Shown one piece after another: positions 52,271 to 64,000 of a stretch of DNA of 64,000 nt. Every line of letters begins with the position of its first letter. The first letter of the stretch is position 1. A program made the translations under genes and the position numbers. The notes beneath the pieces are model-generated. The model was not told the DNA's origin. It saw nothing but the letters and a program-made list of their open reading frames with translations, and did no database searches. This DNA comes from Octopus vulgaris (Eukaryota): positions 41,850,001 to 41,914,000 of the forward strand of contig OX597829.1 in assembly GCA_951406725.2 (NCBI GenBank), written 5' to 3'.

Positions 52271-53209
52271 TAATTTACTAAAAGAAAACCCAGCTAAATT
52301 TTCGGCAGACCTATCTCCAAATCGAGTGGGAACGGGGGGTGGGGGTGGGGTCAAACTCACCGAGTGTTTTGTAAATACGCTCTTATTTTTCCAGACCCAG
52401 TCGTAAGTCGGTAGTGTGAGACAATTAACTGCGAACGCTCTCCGAATAAGAACCGTGTAAGTACCTCTTTTTAGTGTTACTGAAAGATAGTTACGACACC
52501 CTGGATGCACTTTGCGATTGTGTGGAACTAGCCAAATGGGAGGAGGCTGTATGAGCCTCACATACCTGCTCAGACGTTTCCAGGTTTGACAGGTAGCAGC
52601 AATAAGATTTGCGAACGTGACACTGTAGACATGGTTAAACGGCGTCAAGTCAACAAGATCGTATCTAGGCAGAATATTCTGTAGGCCAGTAGACAAGGAT
52701 AGTCTAAGTTGTCCACTATTTGTCGTCGGCTTACAAACTGGTGAGCTGTGCAGTCGACCTAGATAGAATTCATTGGCAGAGGTTTGGCCACTGAAAGCTA
52801 AATGAGTTTTTCCTGGCACGCAAAGCTTACTGAGATCAGATTAGCGAATTAGTTAAGCAGACGTTGAAAGAGACAAGCGTCAACAGCAAATGGTGGTTCG
52901 CCAAAATGGGTGGTTGAAGTAGAATTGATAAGATTAAGTAAGGAAGTAATATCAGAGAACGCTATATATTAGAGGGAGGCCTACTTGTTGGACAAAATTC
53001 TTAGCATCGTTTCTTCAGGCTTTTCACATTCTGAGTTCCAATTCCGTCCAGGAACGACTTTGCCTTTCACTCTTTCGGGGTCGATGAAACATATATACAT
53101 CAAGTACTGGGTGGGATCTATATAATCAACTAACACTTTACCTCTAAAATTCCAGGCCTTGTGCATATAAACAAAAGGAGTATTATAGGAGTATTATTAT
53201 TATTGATGA

Positions 53210-53625
53210 GGCGCAGGAGTGGCTGTGTGGTAAGTAGCTTGCTAACAAACCACATGGTTCCGGGTTCAGTCCCACTGCGTGGCATCTTGGGCAAGTGTCT
53301 TCTGCTATAGCCCCGGGCCAACCAATGCCTTGTGAATGGATTTGGTAGACGGAAACTGAAAGAAGCCTGTCGTATATATATGTATATATATATGTATGTG
53401 TGTGTATGTGTGTCTGTGTTTGTCCCCCTAGCATTGCTTGACAACCGATGCTGGTGTGTTTATGTCCCCGTCACTTAGCGGTTCGGCAAAAAGAGACCGA
53501 TAGAATAAGTACTGGGCTTACAAAAAAATAAGTCCCGGGGTCGAGTTGCTCGACTAAAGGCGGTGGTCCAGCATGGCCGCAGTCAAATGACTGAAACAAG
53601 TAAAAGAGTAAAAGAGTAAAGAGTA
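53210..53625 (+). mobile_element. SINE family A, full length
   Basis: As at 45411. Confidence 0.93.
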
Positions 53626-53847
53626 AAGGCAGTGAGTAGGTGGTATCGTTACCGCGTTGATTAAAATGCTTAACGGTATTTCGTCCGTCTTCACGTTCCG
53701 AGTTCAAATTCTGCCGAAGTTGACTTTGCGTTTCATCATTTCGGTGTCCATAAAATAAATAGCAGTCGAGCACAGAACCTCCCCCACCACCAAATTTCAG
53801 GCCTAGTGCCTTTATTAGAAAGAATTATTATTATTATTATTATTATT

Positions 53848-53898
<51 letters not shown>

Positions 53899-54730
53899 AT
53901 TATTATCATAGTTGTTGTTATTCTCATCATCATTATTATTATTAAATTCCGCTGCGGTCGACTCAGCCTTTCATCCTTGCAAGATCGATAAAATAAGTAC
54001 CAGTTGAGTACTGGGGCCGATCTAATCGACTAGCACCCCCCCCCCAAAAAAAAACTTAGAGTAGAAAGGATTATTATTATTTTTACTTGCTGACCCTGTG
54101 CCGTCAAACAATGACGGCTAATTGTAGTATTTTATAAGGTAGAAAACAGAACTTTTAGTTTAATAATATTTTACTACTAAATTTTTTTTTGTGAAAAATC
54201 TATCTGCAACTAACATCCCTTGACTGCTTATTTCCTTAAAAAAAAATAAAGTTTTCCTTCTTTCTTGTACAACTTAAGGTCACATAAATTTGGCCGTAAC
54301 TAAATATGGGCGCTGGCAAGTAAATACCAAATTCACAGAGTTGAAACGCTGTTTGATTTTTATTTTTAGCGTTGACTGTTCACCATTCCACTTCCATTGC
54401 ACACACACACACACACACGCACACACACGCGCACGCACACACACACACATTCACATACCTCCCTTTTACATACACATACAAACATTCACATGACTCCCTT
54501 TTTCATACACACACATATGCTCACACAGAGTTGAAACGCTGTTTGATTTTTTTTCACCGTATAATTTCCATCATCCTACTACCAGTTTGCCATCACCCCT
54601 TCCTTCTTTATTCATCTATCACCCCTCCCTTTCTCATTCATATGTTGTGACGGAGAAAAGCACAAGTCCTGTACCTTCATCAGAAGTGTTGTACCATGTT
54701 TTGATTTTTTGGGGCTCAAGACTTTTCATA

Positions 54731-54802
<72 letters not shown>

Positions 54803-54837
54803 ATATGTGTGTGTGTGTGTATGTATGTATATATATA

Positions 54838-54918
<81 letters not shown>

Positions 54919-54952
54919 TCACACACACACATATATATACATACATATATAT

Positions 54953-55140
54953 ATGTTCAACTCCATTTCTTCAATTCACTAAAAATATTAAAATTCAATT
55001 ATCCGCACCAACGCACGGTTGCAACACCATATGGTTGTACCTCCAACCGTGCTGTCTTCTGCTGTGATTTTTGCTACCAAGGTATCGGTTAAACTTTTGA
55101 TTAATCTGCAACAAGATTATTCATCTTTCTATTTCACATA
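54953..55140 (+). mobile_element. PLE 3'-terminal fragment in (TA)n
   Basis: Homologous to 26703-26883. Confidence 0.75.
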
Positions 55141-55246
<106 letters not shown>

Positions 55247-55651
55247 CCTATATATTCCAGATGTAGGAGAATGACAATCGTATTTGCAAGCCCACATTTA
55301 TAAATACACAAATCAGGAACATTCATGTATGTGCGTGTGTGTTGTTGTTTGTCTGAGTGTGGATGTGTGCGTGCATATGTGTGTGTATGTGTGTGAATAC
55401 GTATTTATGTATATATGTATGTAACATGTTTCTGCATTTTTCAGTCTCTTTCTATCAATCAATCTATCTATATGTATGTATATATGTATTCATATATATG
55501 TATGTATATATAGATACACATAAACACACACACATACACATACATATATATAAATGAGAAACATCAACAAAACAGAGATATTCAAACATACGGGGGGGGG
55601 GGGGGGTGCACGAGCGTATCTAGCTCTCTATATAAATGTGTTTATGCGCAT

Positions 55652-55702
<51 letters not shown>

Positions 55703-55803
55703 GCATATAGATACACGCACATAAACACATAAACTCACAAACATACACATAGTATAAAAACACACTCACAAACTATATATATATATATATATATATACAT
55801 TCA

Positions 55804-55839
<36 letters not shown>

Positions 55840-55872
55840 TGTGTGTGTGTGTGTGTATAAACTTTGCTCTTG

Positions 55873-55915
<43 letters not shown>

Positions 55916-55969
55916 GCATATACACACTCACATAAACACATATACTCATAAACTTATATATACATACAT

Positions 55970-56002
<33 letters not shown>

Positions 56003-56023
56003 TATATATATACATATATACAT

Positions 56024-56082
<59 letters not shown>

Positions 56083-56711
56083 GCACATACAAACACTCAT
56101 ATATGCTCCACACAAACATATATATATATATTTATATATATATGTTATGTATCAATATATGCTCATTCACTCGCACACTCGCTTCCCCTCTACACACACA
56201 CACACACACACGGTATTATTATAAGCGTAATGCATTGTAAATTTCAACATGTACACACAACATATGAATATTCAAATAAAACACGACGAACAGTTACAGA
56301 CCGCGAAAACTATAATGGTGGATGTTACAAGTCAGTCAATCGACTAAGCCAAAATCTGACAAGGCAAACGGATTAACCTTCTTTCTTATTGACAAAGGGA
56401 TTTACATTTTGACCTTTTCTAGAAATCTTCTTTATTAACCGGTCGTAGGATGTCTTGTCATGAAATTACACGGCTTTCCCAAAAACCGGTTTGATTCCCC
56501 TTTATAACAATGTGTTTGTTCTTTTGGTTGGAAAACAAACATGTTTAGCATATGATAAATATTGAAAACAATGATTTTTTTTTCTTCCTCTCCACTTTTG
56601 TTACCATGCTGTTTGTTACTGGCGGTTTGTTTTTTTATTTGTTTTTTGTTACTGTTGTTGTTGTCTTTGCTGTTGTTCCTGCATATATTGAATAAACGGC
56701 AGAAGGTTTTC

Positions 56712-57125
<414 letters not shown>

Positions 57126-57129
<4 letters not shown>

Positions 57130-57567
57130 ACACAGATAGAGAAATTAAGGCCAACAGACCAGATATAGTTGTCAGAGATCATGAAGAAAAAAAATGCTTT
57201 CTAATTGATGTATCAATACCGGCAGATGACAACGTGTCTCTAAAAGAAATGGAGAAACTCTCAAAATACAAAGACCTGGAAATAGAGGTAACTAGAATGT
57301 GGAACCTGAAAACAGAAACAATTCCTATCATAGTAGGTGCATTAGGCATGATAAAAAAATATTCAGACAAATACATAACAAAAACACCAGGACTTACAAA
57401 CACATATAACATACAGAAAATTGCACTACTAGGCACTGCACACATCCTACGCAGAACACTTTCCATACAATAACCATCAGAGCATCACAACAAATCACGG
57501 CACATACCCAAGGCACACAGAGCTGCGCTCGGTAGTGAAGTGAAAGCACGCTATAAAAATAAAACTA

Positions 57568-57570
<3 letters not shown>
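57126..57570 (+). mobile_element. 5'-truncated Dong/R4-like retrotransposon (REL endonuclease) in (TAA)n
   Basis: TDREIKANRPDIVVRD...LIDVSIP.D.N...KE.EK..KYKDL...PIIVGALG...ALLGTAHILRRTL*; uninterrupted frame; (TAA)n on both sides, the known Dong target. Confidence 0.92.
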
Positions 57571-57612
<42 letters not shown>

Positions 57613-57830
57613 TATTATTATTATTTCAATTTTTTTTGAAGGGTGGCTTGCGGAAGGTGGGGGATGCGTCGATTACATTGACCGCCCCCTCCCGCCCAGT
57701 GTTCAACTGGTACTTATTTTATTGACCCCCGAAAGGATGATTGCGGCGGAATTTGAACTCAGAACGTAGCGACGGGTGAAATACTGCTAAGCATTTCGTT
57801 TAGCGTGCTAACGATTCTGCCAGCTCACCG

Positions 57831-57910
<80 letters not shown>

Positions 57911-57919
57911 TTAATAATA

Positions 57920-58280
57920 ATGGTTTCAAATTTTACCCCAAGGGTAGCAGTTTTGGGGGAGAAGATGAGTCGATTACATCGACCCCTGTGCTCAACTGGT
58001 ACTTATTTTGTCGACCACGAATGGATGACTGGCGAAGCCGATCTCGGCGGAATTTGTACTCAGAACGGTGCGACGGGGGAAATACCTATTTCTGTACTAC
58101 CCACAAGGGGCTAAACACAGAGGGTACAAACAAGGACAGACACACGGATTAAGTCGATTACATCGACCCCAGTGCGTAACTCGTACTTAATTCATCGACC
58201 CCGAAAGGATGAAAGGCAAAGTCGACCTCGGCGGAATTTGAACTCAGAACGTAACGACAGACGATATACCGCTAAGCATA
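57920..58280 (-). mobile_element. SINE family B units (young unit joined to older diverged unit)
   Basis: Junction GAAATACCTATTTC near 58080. Confidence 0.8.
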
Positions 58281-58303
58281 ATAATATTAATAATAATAAT
58301 AAT

Positions 58304-58823
58304 ACCTGATGCAGTACCAGGCAATGGTTCTCGTGGCTTCTGATCTTAACTGATTGGAAGTGTCATCATGTACATTGTTTTGTCTTGGTATAAAAGATGG
58401 GCTACAGCAAATATTCTGTTCAATACCAGAGATTTGCTTGTCAGTTGTTTGACCTTAACCACTTGAGCATGTCCTTTGGTTCTGATCATGAGCAGAACTA
58501 GTGGGGGAGCATCATAGCCATGTGTTGAGAGGGATTCTCTGGAGTTTGAATAATACACCACTGGAAACATGGATGTTTCGTTCAACATCCTTAAACAATC
58601 CTTATTCAGGGACCTTTTGAGCGGGATGGGTTACTCGACCTGAAGAAAATTCTAACTGGGCCCCACCTGCAAGGTCATGTGCTGTTTATCATGTCATGCA
58701 TATATGGTTGTGATGCATTGTACCTAGTGTACCTTTATCAGACGGGTAGTCATGATGGATATACTGGGCTTCGTATATTTTACCCCAGGGTCACTTTGAT
58801 GGCATGCACTGTTTTCTCACTCA
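58304..58823 (+). mobile_element. Family F element, third copy
   Basis: Homologous to 50024-50571 with internal deletions; TAA flanks. Confidence 0.88.
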
Positions 58824-58917
58824 ATAATAATAATAAAACAGCTACTACTACTACCACCATCACTACCGCCGCCATCTCCACCACCACCACCACCACCACC
58901 ACCAGTAGTAGTAGTAC

Positions 58918-58958
<41 letters not shown>

Positions 58959-59149
58959 ATAATCCTTTTTACAAAAGGCACAAGTCCTGAAATTTGGTGG
59001 AGGTGGTGGTGGTGGTGGGCGCTTGTCGATTACATCGACTCCAGTAAGTAACTGGTCCTTATTTCATCGACCCCGGAAGGATGAAAGGCAAAAATCAACC
59101 TTGGCTGAATTTGACTTCAGAACGTGCGGCCAGCTAGTCGGTTGCGATA

Positions 59150-61020
59150 CCTTTCCTAAGTGCCTCTTCTAAGTTTCTAACTAATTTTCCTTTTATTTCA
59201 TTACTTTGTATCACCAATACCTTACTAAACCTAACTGATACTACTCTGGTTGCCCTTTTCAGGGACAACTACCATTTGTTGGTGACGATTGCCTCTGTCA
59301 ATGTCCTGATAGCTTCCAGTAATCCGGTAGCAATGTCCGGATAACTTTCTGTAATTCCAGTAAGCCTTCTAAGCCTATCTAGGTCGACCATATAAATTAC
59401 AAATTTGTGGCCTGTGTAGCCGACCAGTTTGACAAAATGGGCAACTTATATCTTTATCTATTGGTCTACAGAATACCCTGTCTACATACGATCTGGATGA
59501 CCCAATGCAATTCGTTCACGTCCAAATAAGCACATTCAGAAAACCTAGTCGCTACCTGTCAGTTGGAAATTACTGGAAATGTCTGAGCAGGTTTGCGAGG
59601 CTCTTACACCCCCTCTTCCGTATGCTCCACACGTTTCACTAAGACGGCGTTCCAGTGACCCACTAACATTAAAGGTCGAGACGTTTGACGTCTGAAGAAA
59701 TCCGGCTGTCCTGTTCCTATCGGAGCATAAACAACCGCCAGTCTGAGAGCACTCACATCACTACAGTTCACATTCAGGACTATCAACGTACCTTCCTGAG
59801 TCCAGGAAGATAGCCCTTGTCTTGAGATCCAGACCTTTCCGGAACAACACCACCGTTCTACCCTCATTCCCGGTTGATATGGCAGTAAATACATAACGTA
59901 CCCACCGAAAATGGGCACGAACGCTTGTCGGTCGGAGAATCAGGTTTCACTGATAACTACTACACCTAAACTTAGTGACCAGAGGTCATTGAGAAGGTGG
60001 CCCTGTATCCAGAGTGACACCAAGTCTTGTGCCTATCCTAATCCTAAGCAAGACCATGTCAGGTTAAGGAATAGATGCAGAAAAGGTTACTTACAGTGAT
60101 TGTGTTGGTGAGGTGGGAATGGATGTTCTGTTCCCATGGCTATACATGGATGTTTCCACGAGCAGTTCTTCATACTTTTTTTTGTTGTTGATATTTCTCC
60201 TGAGTGCCCCCAAATCCCCGCAGGATACTTAGTTTTTTTGGGGCATTGTATGTGTTTTTTGTTGTTAGAATGAATTTCATGTGTGTGGGTTGGTATATAT
60301 TGTTGGTGTGATAAAGTCGGTGTGTATGATGCCTATCTGGTTACATGTGTGTTCCGTCACTTCTTTATTGTCCGTGCTTATTGCTGTGTTGTTAACAATG
60401 TTTGAATTTTGCTGGTGGCGGGTGGGGAATTGGGGGTGTGCTTGTGACGATGGCGTCTGTGATAGTGCGGGGGCGGTGATGGTAGTGATAGAGACGGGGG
60501 TGTTATTGACGGTACTGGTGTGGCTGCTGTTGTGGGTGGTATTTGTTTATTTCTTCTCAAAGGCGTCTTCCCCGCCTCCGATATCTTTTCCTCTGATGTC
60601 AGTGTGTTTCTATTTCGTTTTCTTTTGTTAGACATGCTGACTTTTACCATTTAGGCTCTCTGTGAGCCCACCCGCCACCCCCACCACCTGAGCAAATGTC
60701 CAATTGATCCGAACACGGAAGGGGAATGTCTTGAGCGGTGGTGGTGTTGGGGTTTTGATACTATTGTTTTTTTGCTGCCGTCTGGTATGTGGAAGCCATA
60801 GCTGTTCTTGTTACTGATGCTGTGATTACTAGTGTTGCTACTGTTACTGTTGTTTTTGCAGCTGTAGATGTCACCTATTTCTGATGCTGTTGTTGTTGTG
60901 GTGTCGGCCAAAGCGTGTGTTTGTGTGTGTGTGTGTTTAGGGGGATCCCATCTTCTTTTTGTTGTGGGCAGAAAGCCTTTAGATGATCTGTGTCCTAACA
61001 TTAGTGGGTTTAGTAAGTGC
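59150..61020 (-). mobile_element. Degenerate L1/Tx1-like LINE (ORF1 zinc-knuckle remnant plus APE)
   Basis: C*DTDHLKAFCP; VVVISET; LRLAVVYAP...LMLVGHWNAVL; SRSYVDRVF. Confidence 0.6.
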
Positions 61021-61343
61021 CCCAGAAGAAGCTTACAAAAGAAACCGTACCCTATTTCCCCTAAGCCAAAAAGAAGGCTGCTTCAACAGGCGTACATGAA
61101 GACCGAAGTAGATAACCATTCATTTTCTTTTCCCAAACCTAAAACGGAAGCTGTGCAAATGTTCGGAAGCTGGGTTGGGTTTAGAAGCAGAACAACCTGC
61201 TAATGATTTCAGGTCACTCAACAAAGAGGTGGTGGTCATCAGCAAGAAAAGGATTTCTGGAGCTCACGTGCTGGTGCTTATTTTCGATGACTACGAGATA
61301 TTCCCATTGCATAGCTTGTCGGGATCGGGTGGTAGAGTAGTGG

Positions 61344-61997
61344 TACTTGTACTTGTGGCGACATTCACCCTGGGCGGGTTGAGTCGGCTTCTACCACCCT
61401 CGAGGCATCTCGAACCATGGCAGCCCACGCACGACAGTCCTGCGCCAGTTCACTGGAGATAGGAGCCAGTCACGGTTCCATCGGCGCAGACCGACCACCT
61501 GCAGACCCGTGAGCACGGAGAGGTCCTCCTTGATCGTCGTAGCCCAGGTCTTCAGCTGCCTGCCCGCGCGTTTCCGCCAGTTCGGAAGTGGAATTGGGAG
61601 AAGGACATCACGGTTCAGTTCACCCACCGGACGCCTACATGCATGGCCAAACCACCGCAAGCGCCGTTGCAGAAGGACAGATGTCGTCCCCGTAGGCCAG
61701 GTCCGTCACCGCGACTCCTCTCCCAACCTCTACGCCCGGTAGTCCCGGAGCGCGGTGTTGAGAACGTAGTCAATGGCGTAGTTGAAGAGGGTTGGCGACA
61801 GTGCGCACCCCTGCCGCACACCTGTCCCAACATCAAACGGCACCGTCTGCTCATCATAGACCCTGACGCGTGTTCGAGTCGATCGGTAGTAGCCTTGTAT
61901 GAGGTGGAGCAGCTTCTCTGGGATACCGTCCGCCTGCATTATGCGCCACAGGGCCTCCCGATCTACCGAATCAAAGGCAGCAGCGAAGTCGATGACT
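61344..61997 (-). mobile_element. RTE LINE 3' fragment with internal deletion
   Basis: IDFAAAFDSVDREALW...GVRQGCALSPTLFNYAID; RLRWFGHACRR...GRQLKTW; tail (CAAGTA)2. Confidence 0.9.
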
Positions 61998-62260
61998 ATT
62001 ATTTTTTTAAGCATTTAAACATGTTTTTAAGTGATAAAACTTTGATGTCCAAACCAGAGGTGGAATCAGCTTTCAAAGATTTCTTAGCATCAAAGCCTAT
62101 AAGTTTTTATCAACGGGGCATAAATAATCTCATTGATCGATGGCAGAGATGCATAGATATTCACGGTTCGTACTTTGACTAATCAAAACGTTTCTATTGC
62201 TAATTTTTCCAGAATAAAATTATGTTTATGAAATCGACCATTATTTTCGGAACAACCTAA
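61993..62260 (+). mobile_element. Mariner transposon 3' end
   Basis: DYYFFKHLNMFL...FYQRGINNLIDRWQRCIDIHGSYFD*; TIR ...TTTTCGGAACAACCTAA followed by TA. Confidence 0.9.
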
Positions 62261-62437
62261 TATATATTTGCGCTCTTACAACAGCAAGAGTATTTTCACT
62301 CTTATTTCTAGCAATGTAGGTGCTTCGGTACCCTTCGTTACACTTAGTGACGATTTAAGTTTTCCTTTATGGTATCACATTGCGCCCGGGTGTTTAAAAT
62401 ATGGTATTATCATTTCCATTTAGTGAATCATTTCGTG

Positions 62438-62631
62438 TTTAACTGTAGAACTCGAAGTAAATAAAGCTATAAATAAAAGATTGTAAATATTTGGTTGAAA
62501 GCTCCTTTGGATAGAAAAAAGTTGAAGATTGCCCGAGGGACTTTTTGTATCCAAAAAGGTTTCCACTCTTTTAACCTAATATTTACATGCTATTATCTAT
62601 AGCTTTATCTACTTCGAGTTCTGCAGTTAAA
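62438..62631. mobile_element. Hairpin MITE-like element
   Basis: Imperfect roughly 80-bp arms TTTAACTGTAGAACTCGAAGTA.../...TACTTCGAGTTCTGCAGTTAAA. Confidence 0.7.
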
Positions 62632-63380
62632 ATTGAATAATCTCACGTTCTCTCGAAGTTTCTAAATTCTTATGACGTAAGCATGTTCATTTAGGTTTTC
62701 ATAATTTCTTCTTTTCAAAAACTTCATGAAGTGTGTATTTTGAAACAATGCAAAACGCGAACATTTTATAAGATTGTTTGTGTCAGCATAAGTCAGTTCA
62801 ATTAAGCATTTAAATAATTACAATGTCTTCTCAATAGTGAGCCGAAGGGAAATTCAAACATCTCTACTTTGGAGTGTGCTGAACCTTGAAATGTCATTGC
62901 TTTCTAATCTTTCTGTAAAGCTAGCCTTTCCTATTAAAAAAATATATATATATAAACACCCTACCACTAAAAAAAAAACAAACAAACCAAAATAAAAAAC
63001 CAAACAAACAAAATAAAAAAGAACAAGCTCAATTCTGAAATATCCATAGACAGGTATGTAAGAAACATCATTTTCAATCCGAGTATAACAACATAAAAGA
63101 GGGAAAATTAGGAAAAACTAACAGAAAAGAAAAAAATTCGTTTAAATTTTCCATTTTCTCATGAAAATTTTTAGACACTACACTGGGAGAAATTGTTTCA
63201 CTCATAGAAAAAGGAGCTTCACTCATCAATAGATTTCTTTTATCCGAAGTAAATAAGATTGCTAATTTAGAAATTTCTGTTGGTCCAAGTTGAATCTAAA
63301 ATGTGTCTTTTACTTCACCAGTCGCATCATTCAGGACTTGTTCTAGTCTTCACGAATATAGTTAAAAATTATGTCTCTCT

Positions 63381-63807
63381 CTTTACTCTTTACTCTTTTA
63401 CTCTTTTACTTGTTTCAGTCATTTGACTGCGGCCATGCTGGAGCACCGCCTTTAGTCGAGCAACTCGACCCCCGCAAGACTTATTCTTTGTAAGCCCAGT
63501 ACTTATTCTATCGGTCTCTTTTGCCGAACCGCTAAGTGACGGGGACATAAACACACCAGCATCGGTTGTCAAGCAATGCTAGGGGGACAAACACAGACAC
63601 AAACATACACGCACACATATACATATATATATATACATATATACGACGGGCTTCTTTCAGTTTCCGTCTACCAAATCCACTCACAAGGCTTTGGTCGGCC
63701 CGAGGCTATAGTAGAAGACACTTGCCCAAGGTGCCACGCAGTGGGACTGAACCCGGAACCATGTGGTTGGTAAGCAAGCTACTTTCCACACAACCACTCC
63801 TGCGCCT
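63381..63807 (-). mobile_element. SINE family A, full length
   Basis: As at 45411, reverse strand. Confidence 0.93.
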
Positions 63808-64000
63808 TTGTGTCTATTATTTGTTTCTTTTTCTTTAACTGTTTCTTTTTTCGAAGAATTTTAGTCATGAAAACAACAACTGCTACAGACAACGATAAAT
63901 AGACACGTAGGGAAAACAAATGCCAATTTGAACTGTTTCGTTTAATATTTCTTTAAAATCGTCTTTTTCAACGATTACCCAGAAATAGCGTTCATGACGA

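Noticed and set aside
61643-62182. 179-aa plus-strand ORF as an RT-transposase fusion
   Set aside because: Chance join of antisense RTE sequence to a mariner C-terminus.

Overview
AT-rich, repeat-saturated animal genomic DNA, most likely from an Octopus species. This is inferred from the tRNA-headed SINE families and the very dense (TA)n/(ATGT)n/(TAA)n microsatellites; it was not checked against a database. No intact host gene is recognisable. The window is a nested set of mobile elements: two CR1-type LINEs; RTE, HERO-like, Dong/R4-like and L1/Tx1-like fragments; Penelope-like elements (PLEs) with GIY-YIG endonuclease; non-autonomous Helitrons; a mariner end; a probable solo LTR; and at least five SINE-like families. 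Four observations stand out. (1) About a dozen minimal type I hammerhead ribozyme motifs from several unrelated sequence families, mostly beside (TA)n, including a non-coding 363-bp tandem unit with retrozyme-like architecture. (2) One SINE family forms head+(184 bp)n concatemers at independent loci, always joined at the anticodon-like hairpin of its tRNA head. (3) A CAD (aspartate transcarbamylase domain) coding fragment lies inside a 12-bp-TSD-flanked insertion. (4) A roughly 550-bp non-coding element is found only in (TAA)n. All family names come from remembered motifs, and all RNA folds were done by hand.
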